Positions 38,865-47,951 of a DNA stretch of 64,000 nucleotides are shown here, piece by piece. Both the position numbers and the translations under genes were made by a program. Each line of letters starts with the position of its first letter. Position 1 is the first letter of the stretch. The stretch is from an uncultured Verrucomicrobiae bacterium (GTDB lineage: Bacteria > Verrucomicrobiota > Verrucomicrobiia > Chthoniobacterales > Chthoniobacteraceae). Location of the stretch: contig CAWIKF010000002.1 of assembly GCA_963836755.1 (NCBI GenBank), positions 928,001 through 992,000 of the forward strand, written 5' to 3'. Under the pieces are notes generated by a model, which was not told the origin of the DNA, searched no databases, and saw only the letters and a list, made by a program, of their open reading frames with translations.

Positions 38865-39625
38865 TCCCGATTAAAACAGCGCGCGAGATTGAAAAAATGC
38901 GCATCGCCTGCCGGCGCGCTAGCGAAGTGCTCGAGCATGTTTCCGCGGTCGTGCGGCCGGGCATCACGACCGGCGAAGTCGATCGCGCGGCCGCGGATTT
39001 CATCGCCGATGCGCACTGCAAAAGCGCCTTCCTCGGATATCGCGGATTTCCCGGGAACATCTGCATTTCGCTCAATGAGGAAGTCGTCCACGGAATTGGC
39101 GGCCCGCGCAAAATCCAATATGGCGATATCGTGAAACTCGACATTGGCGTCATCGTGGACGGCTGGGTTGGCGACACCGCCACCACCGTGCCGGTGGGCA
39201 TCATCGAAAATGCGACCCAGCGGCTACTGAGCGTGACCGAGGAGACGCTCCACCTCGCGATTCCGTATGCGGTGGACGGCAGACCGCTCGGGGATTTGTG
39301 CGCCGCGATCGAGGAAGAAATCGTCGCCCACGGTTACAGCGTCGTGCGCGAATTTGTCGGCCACGGAGTCGGGCGAAAATTGCACGAGGAGCCGCAAGTG
39401 CCCAATTTTGGGCGCAAGGGAAGCGGTCCGAAATTGAAAGCGGGGATGACGCTTGCCATCGAGCCGATGGTTAACCTCGGAAAAGGCAGCGTGAAAATTT
39501 TGGCCGACAACTGGACGGTCGTGACGGCGGATCGGAAGCCCTCCGCGCATTTCGAGCACACGGTTCTTGTCACGAAAAAGGAACCTGAGATATTGACCTT
39601 GCGCGAAAAAACTCTCACGCAATGA
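38861..39625 (+). CDS. map: Methionine aminopeptidase type I
   Basis: CISLNEEVVHG, GDTA, GHGVG..HEEP, IEPM, SAHFEHT. Confidence 0.97.
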   Translation: MIPIKTAREIEKMRIACRRASEVLEHVSAVVRPGITTGEVDRAAADFIADAHCKSAFLGYRGFPGNICISLNEEVVHGIGGPRKIQYGDIVKLDIGVIVDGWVGDTATTVPVGIIENATQRLLSVTEETLHLAIPYAVDGRPLGDLCAAIEEEIVAHGYSVVREFVGHGVGRKLHEEPQVPNFGRKGSGPKLKAGMTLAIEPMVNLGKGSVKILADNWTVVTADRKPSAHFEHTVLVTKKEPEILTLREKTLTQ

Positions 39626-39747
39626 AGGCAAAGTTGCTCCAAAAAAATGCGACGGTCTTCATTAGCGGCTTGCCACGCAGAAATGTTGTGGTAGAAATAG
39701 CGTTCTTTCGACTGCCGGAGGCGTAAACGCCCTTGGCCGAAATTGAG

Positions 39748-39788
39748 ATCGCTCTGGAAAGAGTCCGGTTTTTTCCAGAGCGATTTTT
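39748..39788 (+). terminator. Strong hairpin plus T-tract upstream of rpmJ (terminator or attenuator)
   Basis: Perfect 13-bp stem atcgctctggaaa/tttccagagcgat, followed by tttt. Confidence 0.55.
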
Positions 39789-39813
39789 GTCCCTAAATGC
39801 AATTGTTAAACAA

Positions 39814-39927
39814 ATGAAAGTCAGAGCATCAGTCAAACGGTTGTGCGAAGCGTGTAAAATCGTGAAGCGCAAAAATGTCTTGCGTGTGATTTGCAAAAAT
39901 CCGCGGCACAAGCAGCGTCAGGGTTAG
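39814..39927 (+). CDS. rpmJ: 50S ribosomal protein L36 (Zn-ribbon form)
   Basis: [37 protein letters not shown]. Confidence 0.98.
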   Translation: MKVRASVKRLCEACKIVKRKNVLRVICKNPRHKQRQG

Positions 39928-39939
39928 CCTTTTAAAAAT

Positions 39940-40335
39940 ATGCCACGTTTACTTGGAGTAGAAATTCCCGGCGACAAACGCATCGAAGCGTCGTTGACCT
40001 ACATTTACGGCATCGGGCCGAGCACCTCGAAAAAAATTCTCGAGCAGGTCAACATTGACCCGAGCATCCGCGCGAAAAATCTCTCGCCGGAGCAGCTCAA
40101 TCAAATCATTCAAGCGATCACCGGGAGCAAACTCTCGATCGAGGGCGATCTGCGCCGCGAGCTCCAGAGCAACTTGAAGCGTCTGCAGGCGATCAATTGC
40201 TACCGCGGAATCCGGCATCGGCGCAGCTTGCCCGTTCGCGGTCAGCGCACGAGCACGAACGCGCGCACGCGCAAGGGCCCACGCAAAACCGTAGGCGTGA
40301 TTCGCAACAAAGACGCCAAGGCAGGCAAAGTTTAA
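39940..40335 (+). CDS. rpsM: 30S ribosomal protein S13
   Basis: [21 protein letters not shown]. Confidence 0.99.
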   Translation: MPRLLGVEIPGDKRIEASLTYIYGIGPSTSKKILEQVNIDPSIRAKNLSPEQLNQIIQAITGSKLSIEGDLRRELQSNLKRLQAINCYRGIRHRRSLPVRGQRTSTNARTRKGPRKTVGVIRNKDAKAGKV

Positions 40336-40347
40336 AGGAATCCAAGT

Positions 40348-40992
40348 ATGGCCGACGAAAAAAAACCGAAAGCTCCCAAGGCAAAAAAAGAAGCGACGCC
40401 AGAGGCTGCTGCACCTGCGGACGAAACTCCCCATGCCGCTGCGCCTGCGACGGGTGAAACTCCTCAAGCGGCAGCGCCCGCTGCCGAGGCGCCTGCTGCT
40501 CCGGCTGAGGCGAAACCGGCAAAGGCTCCGAAGAAAACAAAAAAAGAAGCAGCGGCTCCGGCAGCAGAAGCTCCGAAGGAAAATTTCTCGCTCGATCCGA
40601 ATGCCGTTGAGCCGGTCAAAATCATCAAGGCGAAGGGGAGCAAAAACGTCCACACGGGCGTCGCGCATGTGCTCGCCACTTTCAATAACACCATCGTGAC
40701 GATCACTGATCAAAGCGGCGCCGTCATCGGCTGGTCGAGTGCCGGCAAAGTTGGGTTCAAAGGCTCGCGCAAAAGCACCGCTTACGCCGCGCAGATGGTC
40801 GCGCAGGATGCCTGCCGCCAGGCGATGGGTCACGGATTGAAAGAAGTCGAAGTTCGCGTCAAAGGCCCGGGCGCCGGTCGGGAATCCGCAGTCCGCGCGA
40901 TGCAGGCCATCGGGCTCGAAATTACGGTCATTCGTGATGTCACTCCGATTCCGCACAACGGCTGCCGGCCGCCCAAACAGCGTCGCGTCTGA
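40348..40992 (+). CDS. rpsK: 30S ribosomal protein S11 with long N-terminal extension
   Basis: [34 protein letters not shown]. Confidence 0.98.
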   Translation: MADEKKPKAPKAKKEATPEAAAPADETPHAAAPATGETPQAAAPAAEAPAAPAEAKPAKAPKKTKKEAAAPAAEAPKENFSLDPNAVEPVKIIKAKGSKNVHTGVAHVLATFNNTIVTITDQSGAVIGWSSAGKVGFKGSRKSTAYAAQMVAQDACRQAMGHGLKEVEVRVKGPGAGRESAVRAMQAIGLEITVIRDVTPIPHNGCRPPKQRRV

Positions 40993-41018
40993 GTTTACCA
41001 AAGTTTAACACATAGAAA

Positions 41019-41630
41019 ATGGCACGTTACACAGGTCCCAAAACCAGAATCAGCCGCCGCTTCGGCGTCGCAATCTTCGGTCCGTCAAAAGCGCTCGAGC
41101 GCAAAAATTACGGCCCCGGCATTCACGGCCCGAAAGGCTCGCGTCGCAAGCAGTCGGAATACGCCGTCGCGCTCGCCGAAAAGCAAAAACTGCGTTATCA
41201 ATATGGTCTGCTCGAGCGGCAGTTCCGCCGGTATTTCCAGACTGCGCTGACGCGCCGCGGCGTGACGGGCGAGATCCTTTTGCAACTTCTCGAGACGAGG
41301 CTCGACAATGTCGTTTACCGTCTTGGATTCGCCAACTCGCGCAATGCCGCGCGCCAGATGGTTTCGCACGGGCACGTCGCCGTGAATGGCAGGAAGGTCG
41401 ACGTCTCCTCGTTCAATGTGAAACCGAACGACACGATCACCGTGAAGGACAAACCTGGCTCGCGTCGTCTCGCAGCGAAAAATATTGAGCTGACGCAGAT
41501 CGCGCCGGTGCCGGATTGGCTCGTCGCGGACAAGGAAAATTTCAGCGGCAAAGTTTCCCGCATTCCGACTCGCGAGGAGATCGCGCCGATCGTGAACGAG
41601 CAGCTCATCGTCGAGCTTTACTCGCGCTAA
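41019..41630 (+). CDS. rpsD: 30S ribosomal protein S4
   Basis: MARYTGP, EKQKLR, LETRLDNVVYRLG, IVELYSR. Confidence 0.99.
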   Translation: MARYTGPKTRISRRFGVAIFGPSKALERKNYGPGIHGPKGSRRKQSEYAVALAEKQKLRYQYGLLERQFRRYFQTALTRRGVTGEILLQLLETRLDNVVYRLGFANSRNAARQMVSHGHVAVNGRKVDVSSFNVKPNDTITVKDKPGSRRLAAKNIELTQIAPVPDWLVADKENFSGKVSRIPTREEIAPIVNEQLIVELYSR

Positions 41631-41649
41631 AACAGCGCGGCAAATTTAC

Positions 41650-41681
41650 AAAAGCGGCGACTTTCGGGTCGCCGCTTTTTT
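41650..41681. terminator. Bidirectional intrinsic terminator ending the ribosomal operon
   Basis: aaaagcggcgac-tttcgg-gtcgccgctttttt. Confidence 0.88.
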
Positions 41682-41919
41682 ATTTTGTCTCGAGAAACTC
41701 GAGCGCTTTGTCGTAGCTGCAACGCTCCAGAAAATGCCGCAGCCGCGGATTTGCATCGCTCGGAAGATTGGCTTCGAGTTCTGCGATTTTTTCCGACACG
41801 GCCTTCAATCTGTCGAGATGAGCGGCGGCGTCGCGTTCACGAAATTCGCGATCGGCGATGATGCTCAAGCGCTCGCGGAGCGCGGCGGCGAGCTGTTCGT
41901 GCAGGGGATCGGACTTCAT
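41680..41919 (-). CDS. Small hypothetical helical protein
   Basis: 79 aa ORF filling the gap and ending at the terminator. Confidence 0.6.
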   Translation of the reverse strand: MKSDPLHEQLAAALRERLSIIADREFRERDAAAHLDRLKAVSEKIAELEANLPSDANPRLRHFLERCSYDKALEFLETK

Positions 41920-41969
41920 TGGCGAAACAAAGTCGATGATGTGACGGGACGTGTCTAGCGGATCAAAGT

Positions 41970-43046
41970 TCAGCGCGGCTTCAAAATCGGTGAGCCGAGC
42001 CAGAACGGATCTGCGACGCCGCGCCGATAGGCATCGAGCGCCTCGGGCGTGGAATTGACGCGCAGGTTGCTGTAGGTGTCGTCTTCATTCTGCCAGCGTT
42101 CGTGCCAGAAAATCGCCGCTTTCAAGCGCGGATATTTTTTCATCGATTCGAAGGCTTCGTTGATGAAATTCGACTTGCTGCCAAACTTCGAGAATTCGCC
42201 GATGCCCCATTCTGCGAGCATGATCGGCTTCGTCGGATCGAGCTGCGCGAGCTCTTTGTAAGGCCAATCGAGCAACGGCGGAAACGGCGACCAGCGATCC
42301 TCGAAGTATTGCTGCCCGTAAACGCTCAGTCCCATCCAGTCGACATAATCGGGCCCCGGATAATAGCTCGCGGCGTAATTCCAACTGTCCTGCGGATAGG
42401 AATAATTCATCATGTGAAACACCCAGAGCACATTGTGAGCGCCACGCGCGCGAACGCGATCGACGACGTGGCGGTAGGCTTTTTTGTATGTTTCCGGCCC
42501 CTCGTATTGCTGCGGGTTCGTATTCGGAATCAAAGTTTTCGCACCGTAGAAATGGCCGGACCACGGGAACCATGTGCCGTTGGCTTCATTGGCAAACGAA
42601 ACAAAAAAGGGTTGTTTGAATGCGGCGGCGGCGTCGCCCCACTTGTCGATGTAGGCGTCCCATTTTCCCGCGATGATGCTCGTCAGCGAAAATTTGTCGG
42701 GACCTTTGTCCTCTTCGTAGGGCTGATCCCATGGCGACCAGAAGACAAGGGGAACTGAGCCGTGACGCCAGATGAGCTGGAGGTTCGCTGTGGGAAAAGT
42801 TTGCTGACCCCAGTAGCTCGACGAAGCGACGATCGCCTGGTGTTTGCCGACGAGTTTTTCAAAATCCTCGATTTGCTCGATCGTCACATCGTCTTCGGTG
42901 TCGCCGAAATCCACGTAGGCGCCGGTGTAGGCGCCTTTGTCGGGAACGATGAGTTGCTGCGGCGTGTTTGGATCGGCCGGCGGCGGGGCAACTTTTTCGC
43001 ACGCGCCGAGGGCGCCGAGAAGGATGACGGCGAGAAAGCGTTTCAT
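41970..43046 (-). CDS. GH26-like glycoside hydrolase, lipoprotein
   Basis: Lipobox LGAC; NEANGTWFPW, YYPGPDYVDWMGLSVY, IMLAEWG. Confidence 0.85.
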   Translation of the reverse strand: MKRFLAVILLGALGACEKVAPPPADPNTPQQLIVPDKGAYTGAYVDFGDTEDDVTIEQIEDFEKLVGKHQAIVASSSYWGQQTFPTANLQLIWRHGSVPLVFWSPWDQPYEEDKGPDKFSLTSIIAGKWDAYIDKWGDAAAAFKQPFFVSFANEANGTWFPWSGHFYGAKTLIPNTNPQQYEGPETYKKAYRHVVDRVRARGAHNVLWVFHMMNYSYPQDSWNYAASYYPGPDYVDWMGLSVYGQQYFEDRWSPFPPLLDWPYKELAQLDPTKPIMLAEWGIGEFSKFGSKSNFINEAFESMKKYPRLKAAIFWHERWQNEDDTYSNLRVNSTPEALDAYRRGVADPFWLGSPILKPR

Positions 43047-43050
43047 TTTT

Positions 43051-46000
43051 TCAAGCACGCACGGGCAGGGAAGCGGTCCGCTCGAGTTTGCCCCACGTGA
43101 CCCACGCGCCTTTGATCGCCTTATAAAGGGCGCGCCAGATGACCCAGCTCAGCAGTGGGCGATAAATCAGGCGCATGGGCAGGATGATCCAGGCTTTGCG
43201 CAGTTTTTCGCCGTCGAGCCAGCACGCCATCAGCGCGAGCAGCAAATCGGTGATGAGGAACGTGACGAAGTAAATCCACATCGCGCCGCCGCCGCCGCTG
43301 GTGAGTGAAAAGATCAGCAGCACATCGACGATCGGAGTGATGGCGACGAGGATGATCTGGAAAAACCAGACGCTCGGGAGGCTGAACCAGCCGAGCGCTT
43401 TGTATTGCGGGTTGAAAAAGAGGTCGCGGTGTTTCCAAAGACATTGCAGCGTGCCGAACGCCCAGCGGAAGCGCTGCTTCGCGAGCGAGAGCATTGATTC
43501 CGGCGCTTCCGTCCATGCATTCGCATCCGACGCATAGGCGATGCGATAGTTTTTTTTGTGCAGGCTCAGCGTCAGGTCAGTGTCCTCCGCGAGCGTGTCC
43601 AGCGAAAAGCCGCCGGCTTCGATGAGCGCTTTTTTGCGCAGCGAACTGACTGCGCCGGGAGCGACGGTGATGCAGTTCCACTGCGCGTAAGCGCGACGGT
43701 CGAGATTAAACCCGCAAATGTATTCGAGCGATTGGCAGCGCGCGATGAATGACCGGAGATTGCCGACTTTTGCGTGACCGGAGACTGCGCCGACTTTTGG
43801 ATCATGCAGCGGCTGCACGAGTTCCCGTAGCGTTGCGCGATCGAAATGCGTGTCGGCATCGAGAAAAACGAGAACCTCGTGTTCGGCCAAATCCGCGCCG
43901 GTGCGGAGCGCTTGCGATTTGCCGCCGTTCGGCTGCTGCACGAGGCGAATGCGCTTGTTGATGAATGCAGCTTTGCGCACCTCATCAGCGGTGGCATCCG
44001 TCGAACCGTCGTCGATCACGAGCACTTCATATTCGCCGGGATAATCGGTATCGGTCACCGAGCGCAACGTTGCCTGGATAACTTTGTCTTCATTGTATGC
44101 GGCCATGATGATGCTGATCGGCGGCGCAAACACCTGCACGGAAGGATCGACTTTTTTGCGGTGATGCCTCGACGCGAGCACTGCCACGAGCAGCGTGCGC
44201 AATGCGATCAAGCCCGTCGCCGCGATCATGAAAGCCCATGTAAATTGCTCGATACCGTGCCAGATACGAAAGCCGACGCCGGTAACGAAGCGCGTGAGCG
44301 GATCAGCATCGCGTTTAACAACTGGCATCAGATCGTCATGCGGGATATTCAGCAGCTCGCTCAGCGAAACAATGCGATCGCCGCGAGTTTGCAACCAGTC
44401 GATGATCTTCGGCAAAGCTTCCACGGTCTGCTGCCGATTCCCGCCGGCGTCGTGCAAAAGCAAAATGCTTCCGTCGCGCCTCAGCTCCTTCACGCGGTCC
44501 ACGATCACGTCCGTGCCCGGCCGCGCCCAATCTTCCGGGTCGATTTTTTCGAGCACGATCAAATAGCCGAGTTCATCCTGCACGAGCTTGAGCGGCTCCA
44601 ATTCCTCGAGTGTGCTCGGCGTCGAATCCGCGTTGTAAGGCGGGCGAAAAAGCGTCGTCGAATGGCCAGTGATGCTTTCGATCAGCCGCTGCGTCGCGTT
44701 GAGCTCGATGCGGATTTGCTGCTCGCTGATCTCCGCGAGATTGGAATGCGTGTAGGTGTGGTTGCCAATTTCATGCCCCTCCGCGACGATGCGCCGCACG
44801 AGATTCGGATATTGCTCCGCTTGCGTGCCGAGCAAAAAGAACGCCGCCTTCACTCCGCGCGCCTTTAGGATATCGAGGATCTTCGGCGTCCACGTCGGAT
44901 CTGGTCCGTCATCAAAAGTCAGCGCGACTTCGTGCTCACCGCCGGCGCCTTGGTGATACAAAATCGGATACGTCGGAAAGCCACGGTTCGGATCGGGATC
45001 GTTTGGATAACTCTCGATGAAGCGGCCGCCTTTTTTCTCCGGCTGAATGTCCCGCACACCGTTGTTGTGCGTGTCGTCGACAGTAACGATTTCACCTTCG
45101 CCGACGTTCGTCACCGTGTCGGAGCTCGACATGTGATCGAGCTGCTGAAGATTCGCGGCCGAAACTTGATCGAGATTTTTCCACGAGAGCACGTCCCAAA
45201 TTTGTGGATCTTCCGTGCCGAGCCGGCCGATCGCGACGCCGCCAAGTTGCGCCCAGCGCACCGCGCGGAGCTGATTTAAAAAAGTCGCGGCATCGAGAAA
45301 CCAGACGCTGTGGTCGCCCTGCGGCTCTTGATAGAAGTAAAACGGATTATAACTAGGTGTTTTCGCGTCAACTTGTTGCAAACCCGCATAACTCGCGCGG
45401 CTCATCGCATCGCAAAACGAAATCGTCTCCGCTTTTTTTCGCGAGCTGAGCCAATCATAGCCATACGCGCCGATCGCGCCGATCCATTGGTCGGATTCGC
45501 CGTAGGCGTTGATGACCTGCAACCAGCCCTCGAACCAATCCTGCGACGCGAGCGGTCCGGGCGAATCCTCCTCCGAAGTTTCGTCGTAAAGCATCGCTAC
45601 GAAATGGTCGACATGATCCGTCAGCGCCTCGAGATCGTAGACTTCAAACTCATCGCCCATCGGCACCTCGAGCCAAAGTTCCTTGTCGACCGCATGCAGC
45701 GCGTCCGAAATTTTCGAAAGCAGAAGCGTAAACTGTTTTTGATACGCGGGATCAAGCTGCTCCCAATCGATCACGACGCCGCCGGCCTTCGCCTCGGTCA
45801 GCGCTTTGAGCAGATCGACGATGAATTTTTCGCGCCGCTCGGGCGGGCCGTTTGCGAGATTTTCCACCGCTTCCGGCTGCCAAATGCTTTCGCGCAGATT
45901 GTTTAACAACGGCATGAGCACCAATCCCTTCGCTGCCGCGAGCCTCGCCACGCGGACATCTTCCTCGATGTGCAGCGTGCCGGCGCCATCCACGAGCGAC

Positions 46001-46434
46001 ATCCACTCCGGACAAACGTGCGTGAGTTGGCTCGCGTGCGCCTCGAGCGAATTGTAGCTGTTCGGATCCCAATCCACATAAAAGCCCATGCGGATTTCCG
46101 AGAACTTTCGCGGCTTTGGATGCAGTTGCGCGCGCAGTTTCGCCATCCGTTCCTGCGCCAGTGTCTTCGGGTAAAACTTCTGCCACGTCACGTCCTTCGC
46201 GGGAGAGGCCGATGCCACCGGAGCCTGTTGCTGAAAGGCTTTCAGCTGACCTTTCAATTTCCGCACCGACGCCGGCAGCCGCAATTCCGGCCGCACAAAA
46301 AGCGCCTCGACGAAGCAGACGACGGCGATGAAAAGCAGGACGCCGCCGAGCAGCAGCGCGAGCCGGAGACGCGGCCAGCGCTTCCCATTCGGATCGAGAA
46401 AAATGAACGGAGTTCCGCGATCGCCGGGGTCCAT
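43051..46434 (-). CDS. Fusion protein: GH18-like domain + NodB polysaccharide deacetylase + processive GT2 synthase
   Basis: GVVIDWE/MLYDE; LTFDDGP, HTYTH, FRPPY, LLHDAGG; DDGSTD, DADT, LAEDTD, QRFRW; TM segments. Confidence 0.9.
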   Translation of the reverse strand: MDPGDRGTPFIFLDPNGKRWPRLRLALLLGGVLLFIAVVCFVEALFVRPELRLPASVRKLKGQLKAFQQQAPVASASPAKDVTWQKFYPKTLAQERMAKLRAQLHPKPRKFSEIRMGFYVDWDPNSYNSLEAHASQLTHVCPEWMSLVDGAGTLHIEEDVRVARLAAAKGLVLMPLLNNLRESIWQPEAVENLANGPPERREKFIVDLLKALTEAKAGGVVIDWEQLDPAYQKQFTLLLSKISDALHAVDKELWLEVPMGDEFEVYDLEALTDHVDHFVAMLYDETSEEDSPGPLASQDWFEGWLQVINAYGESDQWIGAIGAYGYDWLSSRKKAETISFCDAMSRASYAGLQQVDAKTPSYNPFYFYQEPQGDHSVWFLDAATFLNQLRAVRWAQLGGVAIGRLGTEDPQIWDVLSWKNLDQVSAANLQQLDHMSSSDTVTNVGEGEIVTVDDTHNNGVRDIQPEKKGGRFIESYPNDPDPNRGFPTYPILYHQGAGGEHEVALTFDDGPDPTWTPKILDILKARGVKAAFFLLGTQAEQYPNLVRRIVAEGHEIGNHTYTHSNLAEISEQQIRIELNATQRLIESITGHSTTLFRPPYNADSTPSTLEELEPLKLVQDELGYLIVLEKIDPEDWARPGTDVIVDRVKELRRDGSILLLHDAGGNRQQTVEALPKIIDWLQTRGDRIVSLSELLNIPHDDLMPVVKRDADPLTRFVTGVGFRIWHGIEQFTWAFMIAATGLIALRTLLVAVLASRHHRKKVDPSVQVFAPPISIIMAAYNEDKVIQATLRSVTDTDYPGEYEVLVIDDGSTDATADEVRKAAFINKRIRLVQQPNGGKSQALRTGADLAEHEVLVFLDADTHFDRATLRELVQPLHDPKVGAVSGHAKVGNLRSFIARCQSLEYICGFNLDRRAYAQWNCITVAPGAVSSLRKKALIEAGGFSLDTLAEDTDLTLSLHKKNYRIAYASDANAWTEAPESMLSLAKQRFRWAFGTLQCLWKHRDLFFNPQYKALGWFSLPSVWFFQIILVAITPIVDVLLIFSLTSGGGGAMWIYFVTFLITDLLLALMACWLDGEKLRKAWIILPMRLIYRPLLSWVIWRALYKAIKGAWVTWGKLERTASLPVRA

Positions 46435-46440
46435 CGTTCT

Positions 46441-47304
46441 CTACGCCGCGCGGTCGAAGTGGAAAAACTCGTGCGCGTTTCGGGTCGTCTGTTGCGCGAT
46501 TTGGTCGAGCGTCACGCCACGCAGCGCGGCAATTTTTTCCGCGACCTGCCGCGTGTGCGCCGGCTCGCACCGCTGGCTGCGAAAAGGCACCGGCGCAAGA
46601 TACGGGCAATCGGTCTCGACCATGAAATCGCTCGCGCCCACCTGCGCCGCGCACGCCTGCACGATCGGCGCGTTTTTAAAAGTGACGATCCCGGTGAAAG
46701 AAACCATGTGTCCGAGACGGATCACCCGCTGCGCTTGTTCAAACGTATTGCCGAAGCAGTGAAAAACTCCGCGCACTTTGCCGGTGTATTTTTCCAAAAT
46801 CGCCAGCGTCTCGTCCCACGCCGCGCGCTGGTGAATCACGACGTTCAAACCGAGCTCCGCCGCGAGATCGAGCTGCTGCTCGAAGAGCGCCGCCTGCGCC
46901 GATTTGTAAGCGCCGTCGCGGATTTCCGCCGCGATTTGACGCGGGTCGTTCAACGGCATTTCCGCCAGCCACGCCGGCTTTGGGTTTAAAATTACCGCGC
47001 TCGGCAGCCGATGAAAGTCGAGCCCCGTCTCGCCGATCGCCACGACGCGGGGGCTTTGCGCCAATTCCCGCAAAGGCGTCAGCACATCGGCGGCCGCTTC
47101 CTCCGCCGAAGTCGGATGAACGCCAATCACCGCAAAAATATTCGGATGCGCCTCTGCCAGCGCGACCGCGCGGCGGCTGCTTTCCACCGAAGTGCCGATT
47201 GTCACGACCCGCTCCACGCCCGCGGCGTGCGCCCGTGCGAGCACCTCGGAAAAATCTGCGGCAAAATCCGGATAATCGAGATGAGCGTGCGTGTCGATGA
47301 TCAC
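46441..47304 (-). CDS. tatD: TatD-family hydrolase
   Basis: DTHAHL, GVHP, AIGETGLD, HQR, FHCF, ETDCPYL. Confidence 0.93.
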   Translation of the reverse strand: MIIDTHAHLDYPDFAADFSEVLARAHAAGVERVVTIGTSVESSRRAVALAEAHPNIFAVIGVHPTSAEEAAADVLTPLRELAQSPRVVAIGETGLDFHRLPSAVILNPKPAWLAEMPLNDPRQIAAEIRDGAYKSAQAALFEQQLDLAAELGLNVVIHQRAAWDETLAILEKYTGKVRGVFHCFGNTFEQAQRVIRLGHMVSFTGIVTFKNAPIVQACAAQVGASDFMVETDCPYLAPVPFRSQRCEPAHTRQVAEKIAALRGVTLDQIAQQTTRNAHEFFHFDRAA

Positions 47305-47308
47305 ACGC

Positions 47309-47539
47309 CTACCCCAAATCCTGCGCGGTCACCGACGTCTGCTCCCGGCTGGCGAGCAATCGCGCCTGCGAGATCACGCGCGGCGTATCGTCGTCAAAAC
47401 GGTAGCCGTAGCAGTTCGGGCACATCGCCACGCGCTCGGAGACAATCGACTCACACCCTTCGCAAATCTTGAAGTCTTGCGCCTTGGCGATGATCTTTTC
47501 CGCGCGCGCGACGCGGTCGGCAAAAGGAGGAATTTCCAT
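47309..47539 (-). CDS. Small zinc-ribbon protein
   Basis: CEGC-x10-CPNC; stop 4 nt before the tatD start; ATG at 47539 chosen. Confidence 0.7.
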   Translation of the reverse strand: MEIPPFADRVARAEKIIAKAQDFKICEGCESIVSERVAMCPNCYGYRFDDDTPRVISQARLLASREQTSVTAQDLG

Positions 47540-47657
47540 GGAAGCGGATGCGCACTCTACCACACGCCGCGACACTAGCAAGGTTGCAGCTTTGGCAGAA
47601 AGCCGCGCGGATTTCGCTGGCGCGTGCGGGTTCGCACGGCGATGGTGCGCGTTCCCA

Positions 47658-47852
47658 ATGCGCGCCCTCTTTTGTCTCGGGATTTTTTTTCTGGCGGGCT
47701 GTGCCACACATCAGCGGCAGCCGAAGTTTGACACCAACGATTCGGCGGCGGAGGACCGGAAGTTTTTTTGGGGCGAATGGTGGCACTCTGCGCCGTCGGA
47801 GGATGACGCGGAAGACAAGCGCTTTTTCTACGGCGGCTCGCAATTCCACTGA
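47658..47852 (+). CDS. Small lipoprotein with an internal repeat
   Basis: MRALFCLGIFFLAGC lipobox; AEDRKFFWG / AEDKRFFYG repeat. Confidence 0.6.
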   Translation: MRALFCLGIFFLAGCATHQRQPKFDTNDSAAEDRKFFWGEWWHSAPSEDDAEDKRFFYGGSQFH

Positions 47853-47951
47853 CGACAAAGTCTGCGAAGGATCCCGCGCTGCACGATCAAGCGCGCGCAA
47901 CGACTGCGGAAAATGCGCATCCGTTTTTTGCAAAACGCCGTATCATTCACG

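Noticed and set aside
30443..41001. Long antisense ORFs over ribosomal genes (e.g. 30970-32085, 35265-36248, 39949-41001)
   Set aside because: Shadow frames of codon-biased, GC-rich genes
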